A stretch of DNA of 32,000 nt. Origin: Candidatus Saccharimonadota bacterium. Its GTDB lineage: Bacteria; Patescibacteriota; Saccharimonadia; Saccharimonadales; UBA4665. Within the stretch, counting starts at the first letter, position 1, and every line of letters begins with the position of its first letter. Below are positions 18,399 through 25,793 of this stretch, in pieces. A program made the position numbers and the translations under genes. The notes under the pieces were generated by a model that ran no database searches, was not told the DNA's origin, and saw only the letters and a program-made list of their open reading frames with translations. The stretch is from positions 690,001 to 722,000 of the forward strand of contig OY970322.1 of assembly GCA_963716945.1 (NCBI GenBank). The letters run 5' to 3'.

Positions 18399-18427
18399 AC
18401 TATAGCAAATATTATATATCTTGTCAA
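18399..18427 (-). promoter_or_regulatory. near-consensus sigma70 promoter of the secreted-protein gene
   Basis: The minus strand reads TTGACA (18422..18427) - 17 nt - TATAGT (18399..18404). Confidence 0.55.
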
Positions 18428-18440
18428 AGCTGAATTCGCC

Positions 18441-18485
18441 TACTTAAAAGAGCCGCTTAGCTGAAAACCGCGGCTCTTTTAAGTA
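18441..18485 (-). terminator. intrinsic terminator after rplL (symmetric hairpin, potentially bidirectional)
   Basis: Perfect 16-bp inverted repeat TACTTAAAAGAGCCGC / GCGGCTCTTTTAAGTA with a 13-nt loop. The GC core GAGCCGC/GCGGCTC is followed by TTTT on both strands. It lies 16 nt downstream of the rplL stop. Confidence 0.75.
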
Positions 18486-18500
18486 GTATGAGTGGATCTG

Positions 18501-18884
18501 TTAGGCCAGTTCGACAGTGGCGCCGGCAGCTTCGAGGGCTGTCTTGGCAGCGTCGGCGTCTTCTTTCTTGGCCTTTTCGAGAACGGGCTTGGGGGCTCCG
18601 TCGACGATTGCCTTGGCTTCGCCCAGGCCGAGCCCGGTGATGTCCTTGACGGCCTTGATGACGGCGACTTTTTGGGCGCCGGCGTCTTTCAAGATGACGT
18701 CGTATTCGCTTTTCTCTTCGGCGGCCGGGGCATCACCACCGGCGGCCGGGCCGGCTGCGACAGCTACGGCGGCTGCGGCCGGTTCAATACCGTATTCATC
18801 CTTCAGGATCGTACCTAGTTCGTTAACTTCCAGGACGGTCAGTCCGACCAACTGTTCCGCGATTTTCTTTAGATCTGTTGCCAT
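18501..18884 (-). CDS. rplL: 50S ribosomal protein L7/L12
   Basis: 127 aa. Has an N-terminal dimerisation helix, an Ala/Pro hinge ([15 protein letters not shown]), and the C-terminal domain ...[29 protein letters not shown]... Confidence 0.95.
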   Translation of the reverse strand: MATDLKKIAEQLVGLTVLEVNELGTILKDEYGIEPAAAAVAVAAGPAAGGDAPAAEEKSEYDVILKDAGAQKVAVIKAVKDITGLGLGEAKAIVDGAPKPVLEKAKKEDADAAKTALEAAGATVELA

Positions 18885-18904
18885 GTTATATCTCCTTCTA
18901 TAGT

Positions 18905-19429
18905 TTAGTTAGCTGCTTTGGCTTCGAGGCCTTGTAATAGACCGTGAAGATTACCACCTAAACCGCTTAGAACACCTTGAACAGGCGCGTTAAGCGTGTT
19001 TATGAGACCGGCTATCAGCTGGTTCTTGCTTGGCAGAACAGCCAAGGCCTTTACGCTTTCAGCATCAAGGAATTTACCCTCGGCACTGATCGCGCCTACG
19101 AATTGCAGCGTAGGGTTCTGCTTAGCGAAAGTATGCAAGCTCTGAGCCGGCGCTACTTCGTCTTCGCTGTTAAAGGCGTACAATAGCATGCCTTGCAACA
19201 CACCGGTGTCGGTGTCTTTGAGGTTGTCGGTTGCCTTAAGGGCCTGTATAACCAGACGGTTTTTGACAACCTTGACCTTGGTGCCGTTAGCCTTAGCGTC
19301 ACGACGCAAAGCCTGCAGAGCCTTGACGCCCGTGCCTTCGTACTTGGCAATGACCGTCATCTTGGAGCCGCTGAGCAAATCAGCCACTTCTTTGACGACG
19401 TCCTGCTTCTGAGTTTTGGTTAAAGCCAT
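18905..19429 (-). CDS. rplJ: 50S ribosomal protein L10
   Basis: 174 aa. Starts [12 protein letters not shown] and contains GV.V..L..LR......G.K.KVVKN.L. Immediately upstream of rplL. SD GGAGAG upstream. Confidence 0.9.
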   Translation of the reverse strand: MALTKTQKQDVVKEVADLLSGSKMTVIAKYEGTGVKALQALRRDAKANGTKVKVVKNRLVIQALKATDNLKDTDTGVLQGMLLYAFNSEDEVAPAQSLHTFAKQNPTLQFVGAISAEGKFLDAESVKALAVLPSKNQLIAGLINTLNAPVQGVLSGLGGNLHGLLQGLEAKAAN

Positions 19430-19614
19430 CTAATTCTCTCCGAATTATTTGTAAATTGTTGAGTGAACTATCGACCAAAGTTCTGCTCAATCGTTGCCAA
19501 ACAAAAACGCCTATGGTTCCGTTAGGACCAGAGGCATTCAAACTATCGCAATAGATTGTTTGTACCTAGGCGACATAATTAAGGCTTTCGCCCGTCGCTG
19601 TCTCTGGCAACTTA
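19430..19614 (-). promoter_or_regulatory. long rplJ 5' leader (candidate L10-leader autoregulatory RNA)
   Basis: Roughly 185 nt lie between the predicted transcription start (below the TATAAT at 19621..19626) and ATG 19429. The region is non-coding on both strands and contains an internal terminator-like hairpin. The position matches known L10(L12)4-binding leaders. Confidence 0.45.
19497..19535 (-). terminator. terminator/attenuator-like hairpin inside the rplJ leader
   Basis: The minus strand reads GCCTCTGGTCC-TAAC-GGAACCATAGGC (about 10 bp with one mismatch and one bulge) followed by GTTTTTGTTTGG. Confidence 0.4.
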
Positions 19615-19620
19615 CATAAG

Positions 19621-19649
19621 ATTATACTACTTCTCTAGTAGTCACGCAA
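19621..19649 (-). promoter_or_regulatory. sigma70-like promoter of rplJL
   Basis: The minus strand reads TTGCGT (19644..19649) - 17 nt - TATAAT (19621..19626). Confidence 0.55.
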
Positions 19650-19718
19650 GCCGGTTTGGGACTAAAATCCCGGCCTTAATCTTTTGCTTTTTATTGATAA
19701 ATATGCTATATTAATGAT

Positions 19719-20237
19719 ATGCCCGTTTCATCAGTTACCGTAGAAAAAGCCATGAACGCCGCCGAGGCCTTGGCAGATTCGCCTTTGGAGGTAGTTTACG
19801 CCGCCGTGCCCACCTTTGAGAGGGCCGAAGAGCTGCACCCGCTGATAGGCGCGATTGAACACATCGGCCAGCCTTTTACCTTTCATAAGTTCGGGCTGGC
19901 AGCCGAGGCTCTGGACCGGCATAAATTCGCCGTCAGATTGACACCTCCCGAAGGTAGAACCGTTGGCGTGCCTATTATAAGACAGCGCGACGAGAGGGTT
20001 TACGCCGGCCTGCCGCGCTATGGCTTTGCGGCTTTGCGAGCTGAGGTCGAGTCTTCGCACGGCAATAAGAACCCGTTTGCTCTTTTCGGCGAAACCGCCG
20101 AGGGCGGAGAACAGGCGCTCGACATGCCTAACCTGGAGTCCGAGACACGGCTGATCGAAATAGTAAGCGGCCAGATTATGAAAATCGCCTTCACGGCAAT
20201 AAACGACGCCCGGCGCCGGCAACTTCCGTCGAGCTAA
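19719..20237 (+). CDS. hypothetical protein (172 aa)
   Basis: Plus-strand ORF with balanced, protein-like composition. TTGCTT - 17 nt - TATATT sits 6 nt before the ATG, a leaderless-type layout. The nearly coextensive minus-strand ORF (19731..20222) is Arg/Gly/Leu-rich and looks like a shadow. No family recognised. Confidence 0.45.
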   Translation: MPVSSVTVEKAMNAAEALADSPLEVVYAAVPTFERAEELHPLIGAIEHIGQPFTFHKFGLAAEALDRHKFAVRLTPPEGRTVGVPIIRQRDERVYAGLPRYGFAALRAEVESSHGNKNPFALFGETAEGGEQALDMPNLESETRLIEIVSGQIMKIAFTAINDARRRQLPSS

Positions 20238-22556
20238 TCACTTCTCCAACTGCTGAAGCTTAAACTGGGTGTAACGTTCGGCTGCCAGACGAGTAAGCTC
20301 GGGGCTTTCGTCCTGGTTAACGAATTTCATCGACTCGGCCAGAATCGGGTGGACTTCGGCAAGCTTCTCATGCATCTGAAGCACAAGCTTACGGTAACCG
20401 GGGTGGCCTTGGGGCGTGGTTCGTAGCTCATGCAGATGGAAAGCTTCACGGGCGTTATAGGTGACCTTCCAGCGCAGCTTATGGCCCAGCAAGGTGGCGT
20501 ACTGGGCTTCCAGCGGATAGCCGGCGCGCTGCAAGGTGCTGTACAGCTTAAGGCTGATGTCGAAGCAGGCCTCAAAGTCCTCGGCCAGCCCGGCCTCCTC
20601 GACCAGCTTGGGCACTTCGTAGCCATAGCGCGGCGTTAGGAGCTGCCAGTTCATATCGTCAACCATGCGATGGCGCTGCAAATCTCGAAAAATACCGTAG
20701 TCACAGACCAGGTCCCAGCTGTAATGGGCCTTCTCCAGAGCCCGCCCCGGACGATGGCGGCGATTGAGGCGTTCGCCGACATAGGCTTTGAAAACCTCCA
20801 GCTTGCGATCGTAGGGCCAAGCGTTAACGTCGGACTGCAGCTCTTCTAATGACAGGTTGCTGTGCTCATAAAGCATATCGGGTACTAGCAGCAGCTCGTT
20901 CTTAGGCCAATAATCCACTAGATTGACCGCCTCCACAGGCGTGCCGGCATGGCTATCGGGCAAGTATTGTTTGGCCAGCTCTTTGACGTTTTGGGCAGTA
21001 CCGGCCCGGTAGGCTATAGTGGCGCCGCCGCGTTCCGGCTTATCGGCACGCTCAAGGAACATCGGCACGATTTTACGACCCTGGTCAAGTAAGCTCTGGC
21101 CGACCGCCCGGGCCTCAGGCAGTTCATCGCTCAATAAGTGCATGATCAGGCTCTCCAAAGCCTGGCCGGACGCAAAAATTCCGACCGTAGACTTGGTGGC
21201 AACCGGCAAAACGGTACGGATAGCATCGCAGGCTTGGGCTTTGGTGGCGCCCTTCCAGGCAACATCACGCTCGGCTTGGGGCGTACTGGAGTTGTTGCGC
21301 ACGTATTCGGTCAGCTCGCGGACCATCTTCGAGTAAATATCGAAGATGCTGTCCATGGCTTGCTGGTATTGCTTTTTGAGGCTGGGTTTGAAGTGGCCAG
21401 GCGTGTAATAGCGGTACTGGCCCTGCGCATCCTTTTGGTCGAAATAAATATAACGGGTCGACTGCTCGAGATAGGCTGCCAGGCGGCCCCATTCCAGCTT
21501 CTTGGTTAATAAGTTGGAGGCGTTTTCGACGACGACGTGGAGTCCGGCCAGCTGCTGGACGGAATCGTCCCCATAGGCAGTGATAACCCGTTTTAGGAGT
21601 TGCGCGTCCTTATCGGCCTTGCCGGCGAATTCATCCAAAATAGTAACCCGCATATCATCGGCCCGGCGGCTGAGGCGGGCCATGGCTGCGGCAATCGTAA
21701 CCGGGCTGAGTTTGTCCGTGAAAGCATAGACATCACCGTCAACGTCGGTAACGGCTTGCTCCAAATAGTCGCGGCCGGCTTCGGTTATGGCCGGCGGCAT
21801 GCCGGCCGACTTCGTGAGAAACGGCTTGTCGGAAGAGCCAGCCGGCGTGTCAGTACCGGCCTTTTGTTTCTGTTCGATGATTTCCTTGACTGAAGCCGGC
21901 GGCTTAACGTCGGCGGCCTTACTCGGCTCGCGGATGGCCAGCTCCTTAGAAACCAGCTTCCAGATATTGTCGGCGACTACCCCCGGCTCGTCGGTGGCAA
22001 AAACTACAGGCAAACCGCGCTGTTTGGCCTCCCAAAGGTAGCCGGCCCGCACCCGTTCCAGAAAAGCGTCCGACAGGTTGTCGAACCGGTCACCGTTATA
22101 GCGGTTATCCAGCCGGCTCCGAAGGACATTAACCGGTGCATCCAAAACGATGCACAGGTCAGGCTCTATCCCGCCGACGGCAAAGTTAATGATGCTATTG
22201 ATAGTCTGGTAGTCAGGCACATCGCCGCGGCCATAGTATTGGATTGCCAAAGTCGTCAGGTAATTTCGGTCAACCAGGCAAATAATGCCATGCTCGACGC
22301 TTTGCTTAATGATCTGCAGGCTCTGGGCGCGGGCAGCATTATAGAGCAGCACCTCGGTCCGGGTATTCATCGGGTAGCGCGGGTCCTGCGTCAGCTGGCG
22401 GATGGCCCGGGCGGTCAGGTCGCTTTGGCTGTCGGGTTCCCGCAAAGTCCTCACCGGCAAACCGGCGGCCTGCAGGCGGCGGGCAAGCTCATACAGCTGC
22501 GTGGTCTTGCCGACCCCCTCGGCACCCTCTACGACTATGTACTTGCCCCTATTCAT
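20238..22556 (-). CDS. fusion protein: dTMP kinase (N-terminal) plus tandem-duplicated flavin-dependent thymidylate synthase ThyX (C-terminal)
   Basis: Single 772-codon frame. Residues 1 to about 205 form an intact Tmk: YIVVEGAEGVGKTTQ, LREP, VDRNY..T.AIQYYG, and an R-rich LID (RSRLDNRYNGDRFD). Then comes a Pro/Lys/Ala linker. ThyX module A reads LAGLHVVVENASNLLTKKLEWGRLAAYLEQSTRY, with WGR in place of RHR. ThyX module B reads LEKAHYSWDLVCDYGIFRDLQRHRMVDDMNWQLLTPRY...VTYNAREAFHLHELR, with RHR at 20667..20675. Both modules are colinear with T. maritima ThyX ([35 protein letters not shown]...NARSLMNFLNLR). Confidence 0.8.
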   Translation of the reverse strand: MNRGKYIVVEGAEGVGKTTQLYELARRLQAAGLPVRTLREPDSQSDLTARAIRQLTQDPRYPMNTRTEVLLYNAARAQSLQIIKQSVEHGIICLVDRNYLTTLAIQYYGRGDVPDYQTINSIINFAVGGIEPDLCIVLDAPVNVLRSRLDNRYNGDRFDNLSDAFLERVRAGYLWEAKQRGLPVVFATDEPGVVADNIWKLVSKELAIREPSKAADVKPPASVKEIIEQKQKAGTDTPAGSSDKPFLTKSAGMPPAITEAGRDYLEQAVTDVDGDVYAFTDKLSPVTIAAAMARLSRRADDMRVTILDEFAGKADKDAQLLKRVITAYGDDSVQQLAGLHVVVENASNLLTKKLEWGRLAAYLEQSTRYIYFDQKDAQGQYRYYTPGHFKPSLKKQYQQAMDSIFDIYSKMVRELTEYVRNNSSTPQAERDVAWKGATKAQACDAIRTVLPVATKSTVGIFASGQALESLIMHLLSDELPEARAVGQSLLDQGRKIVPMFLERADKPERGGATIAYRAGTAQNVKELAKQYLPDSHAGTPVEAVNLVDYWPKNELLLVPDMLYEHSNLSLEELQSDVNAWPYDRKLEVFKAYVGERLNRRHRPGRALEKAHYSWDLVCDYGIFRDLQRHRMVDDMNWQLLTPRYGYEVPKLVEEAGLAEDFEACFDISLKLYSTLQRAGYPLEAQYATLLGHKLRWKVTYNAREAFHLHELRTTPQGHPGYRKLVLQMHEKLAEVHPILAESMKFVNQDESPELTRLAAERYTQFKLQQLEK

Positions 22557-23262
22557 AGGACAAGCCCTCGATCTTCTGCGGCAGCGCGCGCTGGTCGCGG
22601 TAGGCCTTGGGCAGGAGCATGTCCGGCGACCAGGTCTTGATAATCATATCCAGGTCGGTGCCTTGCTGGTATTTGCCGCTGAAGCCGTCGTCACGGCCCT
22701 TGCCGTAAGTGCCGTCGACTTCGCCGGTCTCCAAGAATATTGCTTGGGCGATACGTTCGCCTACCGGCAGCAGGACCGTTTCGCGCTCGTTGAGGTTGTA
22801 AATCTCCAGCGTCAGGCGATTGATATAACCGGGGTCGACCCAGCCGGCATCAAAGCAGACCGCTACGCCGTTGCGGCCCCAGCTGGAACGTGACTTTACC
22901 TCATAAGCGCCCGGGGGCTTGATGCCAAAAAACTCATGGGTGTGGGCCAGGATTCGTTCGCGCGGCTTGAGGCTGATGACCGGGTGGTCGAGAGGAATGT
23001 TATTGACCGGTCTGAAGCCGTTCAGCTTGCACCACTCGCCATGGGGCATGGCTTTGTACGGACCGTCAAAGTAACGCTCCACGTCTTCCGGGTCGAACGG
23101 ATTATAGATAGTCCGCTCATTCATCCGCTCGATACGGTAATAGTAGTAACCGAGCGTAACGTCCATGCTGGCGTGGCTGACATGTTTGGGGTTAAACGGA
23201 TGACAGACGATGTGGCCGTCATCGATCGCTTGGCGGATTTGAGTATTGCTATAGACTGACAT
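22549..23262 (-). CDS. dcd: dCTP deaminase family protein (dUTPase superfamily)
   Basis: 237 aa. Has KSRSSWGRNGV and FDAGWVDPGYINRLTLEIYN, matching the K.S.aRlG...aG.iDPG..g..TLE pattern. Its stop overlaps the start of the Tmk::ThyX gene by 8 nt (ATGAATAG). It is longer than classical Dcd because of N-terminal-half insertions. Confidence 0.75.
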   Translation of the reverse strand: MSVYSNTQIRQAIDDGHIVCHPFNPKHVSHASMDVTLGYYYYRIERMNERTIYNPFDPEDVERYFDGPYKAMPHGEWCKLNGFRPVNNIPLDHPVISLKPRERILAHTHEFFGIKPPGAYEVKSRSSWGRNGVAVCFDAGWVDPGYINRLTLEIYNLNERETVLLPVGERIAQAIFLETGEVDGTYGKGRDDGFSGKYQQGTDLDMIIKTWSPDMLLPKAYRDQRALPQKIEGLSYE

Positions 23263-23397
23263 ACTACCTCTCAGTTCATCTTATTTTAGTTTAACCAACA
23301 GTTTTAAAGCAAGCATGAATATAATGTGATTTTTACGCAAATAGGGTGTATAAATGCTTATGTTTAGCCGGCCGGGTTTCTAGTACAATGGTGGTAC

Positions 23398-25098
23398 ATG
23401 GACATTAAACGCTTCCTTAAGCGGCAATTGCGGGTGCACCGTCAGTTTGCCGTTCGTTTCCTGGGTATCCTGGTGGCCGCCAACGGCGCTTATATTCTGG
23501 CAGCCGGCCTATTGGACCAAATAGCCGCCCATCACGGTTCAATGTTAACCGACCTGTCAGTCGACGTCCCGCTGTTGATCGGCCTGAGCTTGATGTATTT
23601 GGGAGCTTTGCTGCGCCGGCGCAAGCGGACGGCCTGGCTAGTCACTGTTCTGGCCTATACGTTTTACCTGGGTATTGGCGTCTCCCAGCTGCTTAACCGC
23701 AATATCGTTCATACCGCCGATGCCGACGACCTTATCCGCCGGCTACTGTTGCCGTTGGTCGTATTGGGCTTGCTGTTCGTTTTCGAGAAGGAGTTTGTAG
23801 TTAAGAGCGACATCCAGGGGTTCGGATTCGCGGCCCGGTTCATAGCGATTATGCTGGCGGCTACGCTGGTTTACGGCGTAGCCGGTTTTACTTTGCTTGA
23901 TAAGTCGGATTTTCATCAGGAAATAGGCTTCGGCAGCGCCATACATTACACGATTGACCAATTCAATATCACTACCCAGAAGCCGGTCCAGGCATACACC
24001 AAGCGGGCCCACCTCTTCCTTGACTCCTTGTCATTCGTCAGCCTTGGGGCGGTAGTGTACGCCGGCGTAGCGCTGTTCCAGCCGCTGCGGCTGCGGCTCT
24101 CGGACCAACGGGCCGAACGCCAGCGGATGGCCGACTTGCTGGCTCGCTACGGCGGTCCGAGCGAAGAGTTTTTCAAGCTCTGGCCGCATGACAAGCAGTT
24201 CTTCTTTGATGAAACCGGCCATAGCGGCTTGGCTTTTCATGTCAACCGCGGCGTGGCACTCTGCTTAAGCGACCCGGCCGGTGACCCGAAGCGCTATGCG
24301 CTGCTGATGCGCGACTTCCGTAACCTGTGTTTCAGCAATGATTGGCTGCCGGCCTTTATACACGTCACCGACAACAATAGGAAACTCTACGAGAAAAACG
24401 ACTTCAGCCTGCAGAAATTGGGCCAGGAAGCGGTGCTCGACCTGGAGCATTTTACGTCCGAAGTCGCCGGGAAGAAGTATTTCCGCCAAATCCGCAATAA
24501 GTTCGAGCGGCACGGTTTCACCTGCGAACTACTGTCGCCGCCGCACCACCAGGCAGTTTTGGACCGGCTGGAGTCGATTTCGAGGGAGTGGTTATCGCAG
24601 GACGGCCGGGTTGAACGCGGCTTCGTCATGGGATACTACACGCCGGAGTACATGCAGCTGTGCGAGCTGCTGGTAGCACGCGATGCGGCCGGCACGATTC
24701 AAGCATTTGTCAGCCTGGCACCGGCCCCATTTGACCCTACGGAAGCCACTTATGACCTGCTCCGGCACGCCTCGGGCAGTATGGGCAACGTCAACGACTT
24801 CTTGCTCATGAACCTGGTCGGCCATTTGACGGCCAAGGGTTATAAGCGGCTTAACTTAGGCTTATGCCCCCTGGTGGGCCTTGAAGAATCCGACGACGAT
24901 GAAGAAAAGAACCGGCTGATCGACGGTGTTATGCGCTTCGCTTATGCCAACGGAGACCGTTTTTACTCGTTTAGCGGTTTGCACCGGTTCAAGGCCAAAT
25001 ATGAGCCCGAATGGCGCGACCGCTACCTTGCCTACCAAGGCGGCGTCCGCGGTTTCTCGAGGACTATGGCCGCCTTGATGCGGACTATGAAGGTCTAG
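23398..25098 (+). CDS. membrane protein with MprF-type C-terminal domain (aminoacyl-phosphatidylglycerol synthase-like, DUF2156)
   Basis: 566 aa. About 6 N-terminal hydrophobic helices, then a soluble C-terminal half (...FFKLWPHDKQFFFDETGHSGLAFHVNRGVALCLSDPAG...KYFRQIRNKFERHGF...LNLGLCPL...FKAKYEPEW..RYL) resembling the tRNA-dependent lipid aminoacylation domain. Called from memory, not from a search. Confidence 0.55.
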   Translation: MDIKRFLKRQLRVHRQFAVRFLGILVAANGAYILAAGLLDQIAAHHGSMLTDLSVDVPLLIGLSLMYLGALLRRRKRTAWLVTVLAYTFYLGIGVSQLLNRNIVHTADADDLIRRLLLPLVVLGLLFVFEKEFVVKSDIQGFGFAARFIAIMLAATLVYGVAGFTLLDKSDFHQEIGFGSAIHYTIDQFNITTQKPVQAYTKRAHLFLDSLSFVSLGAVVYAGVALFQPLRLRLSDQRAERQRMADLLARYGGPSEEFFKLWPHDKQFFFDETGHSGLAFHVNRGVALCLSDPAGDPKRYALLMRDFRNLCFSNDWLPAFIHVTDNNRKLYEKNDFSLQKLGQEAVLDLEHFTSEVAGKKYFRQIRNKFERHGFTCELLSPPHHQAVLDRLESISREWLSQDGRVERGFVMGYYTPEYMQLCELLVARDAAGTIQAFVSLAPAPFDPTEATYDLLRHASGSMGNVNDFLLMNLVGHLTAKGYKRLNLGLCPLVGLEESDDDEEKNRLIDGVMRFAYANGDRFYSFSGLHRFKAKYEPEWRDRYLAYQGGVRGFSRTMAALMRTMKV

Positions 25099-25754
25099 GC
25101 GGCCGCTTGTAGCTTAGCTTCCAGCGCCTGACGGATAGCGGCAATGGTTTCAGACTGTATGGCTTCGACCGGGCGGTTGGCATCAATGACTATGGTGCCG
25201 GCGGCATAGCGTTCGGCGGCCGCCTCATAGCCGTTGGCCACCCTTTCGAAAAAATCCCGCGGCTGGCTTTCGAAGTAGTCGGTCTCATCCGACTTGGCCT
25301 TGGCCCGCGCCAAAGCCGTATCTACATCGGTAGCATAAATTATGTTCAGATCCGGCCTAAGCCGCTTCATGCCGTTATCAACATGCTGCCAGCCCAATTG
25401 CGGGTCAAGCTGACCGCCGTAAATCTCGTAGGCGGCCAGCGACATCGGGCCCCGGTCCATCAGTATCAGCCGGCCCTGGCGGCGTTCCGATTCTATAGCG
25501 TCGGCCAAAGCCTCCTGGATAGCTACCGATATATAAAGATTGGTCGTATTCGGGCGCTCAAGCGGCGACTTGATGATCTTCCGCAGCTCCTCGCCAATAG
25601 GCGTACCGCCAAGGTTGCGCGTCGTGTAGACCGGCCAGCCTTCGGCCTGCAGGGTACTGCAGGCAAGCTCCAGCTGCGTGCTTTTACCGGCGCCGTCGAC
25701 ACCTTCGAAAACTACCAGCAAACCGCCAGGTATCCTATCGGGTTTCAAACTCAT
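25095..25754 (-). CDS. tmk: dTMP kinase (stand-alone second copy)
   Basis: 219 aa. Has LLVVFEGVDGAGKSTQ, TRNLGGTPIGEELR and LMDRGPMSLAAYEIYG. Directly downstream of rplA on the same strand. Confidence 0.85.
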   Translation of the reverse strand: MSLKPDRIPGGLLVVFEGVDGAGKSTQLELACSTLQAEGWPVYTTRNLGGTPIGEELRKIIKSPLERPNTTNLYISVAIQEALADAIESERRQGRLILMDRGPMSLAAYEIYGGQLDPQLGWQHVDNGMKRLRPDLNIIYATDVDTALARAKAKSDETDYFESQPRDFFERVANGYEAAAERYAAGTIVIDANRPVEAIQSETIAAIRQALEAKLQAAA

Positions 25755-25793
25755 TGAGCCATTATGGCAGATTGCAGCGCTATTTAGCCAATC

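Noticed and set aside
14484-18903. Long antisense ORFs such as 14484..15014, 15635..16180, 16474..17196 and 18517..18903; the same applies to 25885..26418 and 10412..11194 outside this span
   Set aside because: Each is fully embedded opposite a confidently identified gene (dnaB/dnaX, the CDP-OH transferase-like gene, rplL, rplA, nrnA). Each has Ser/Pro/Arg/Ala-rich shadow composition.
19648-19677. Hairpin GCCGG...CCGGC followed by a T-rich tract on the plus strand, a possible plus-strand terminator
   Set aside because: No plus-strand gene lies upstream for it to terminate. It also overlaps the -35 region of the rplJL promoter, so it is more likely incidental or part of promoter architecture.
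19731-20222. 163-aa minus-strand ORF mirroring the 172-aa plus-strand ORF
   Set aside because: Its Arg/Gly/Leu/Cys-rich composition is typical of the antisense of a GC-rich gene. There is no start context. The plus frame has a promoter at the right distance. It is kept only as an alternative in the findings.
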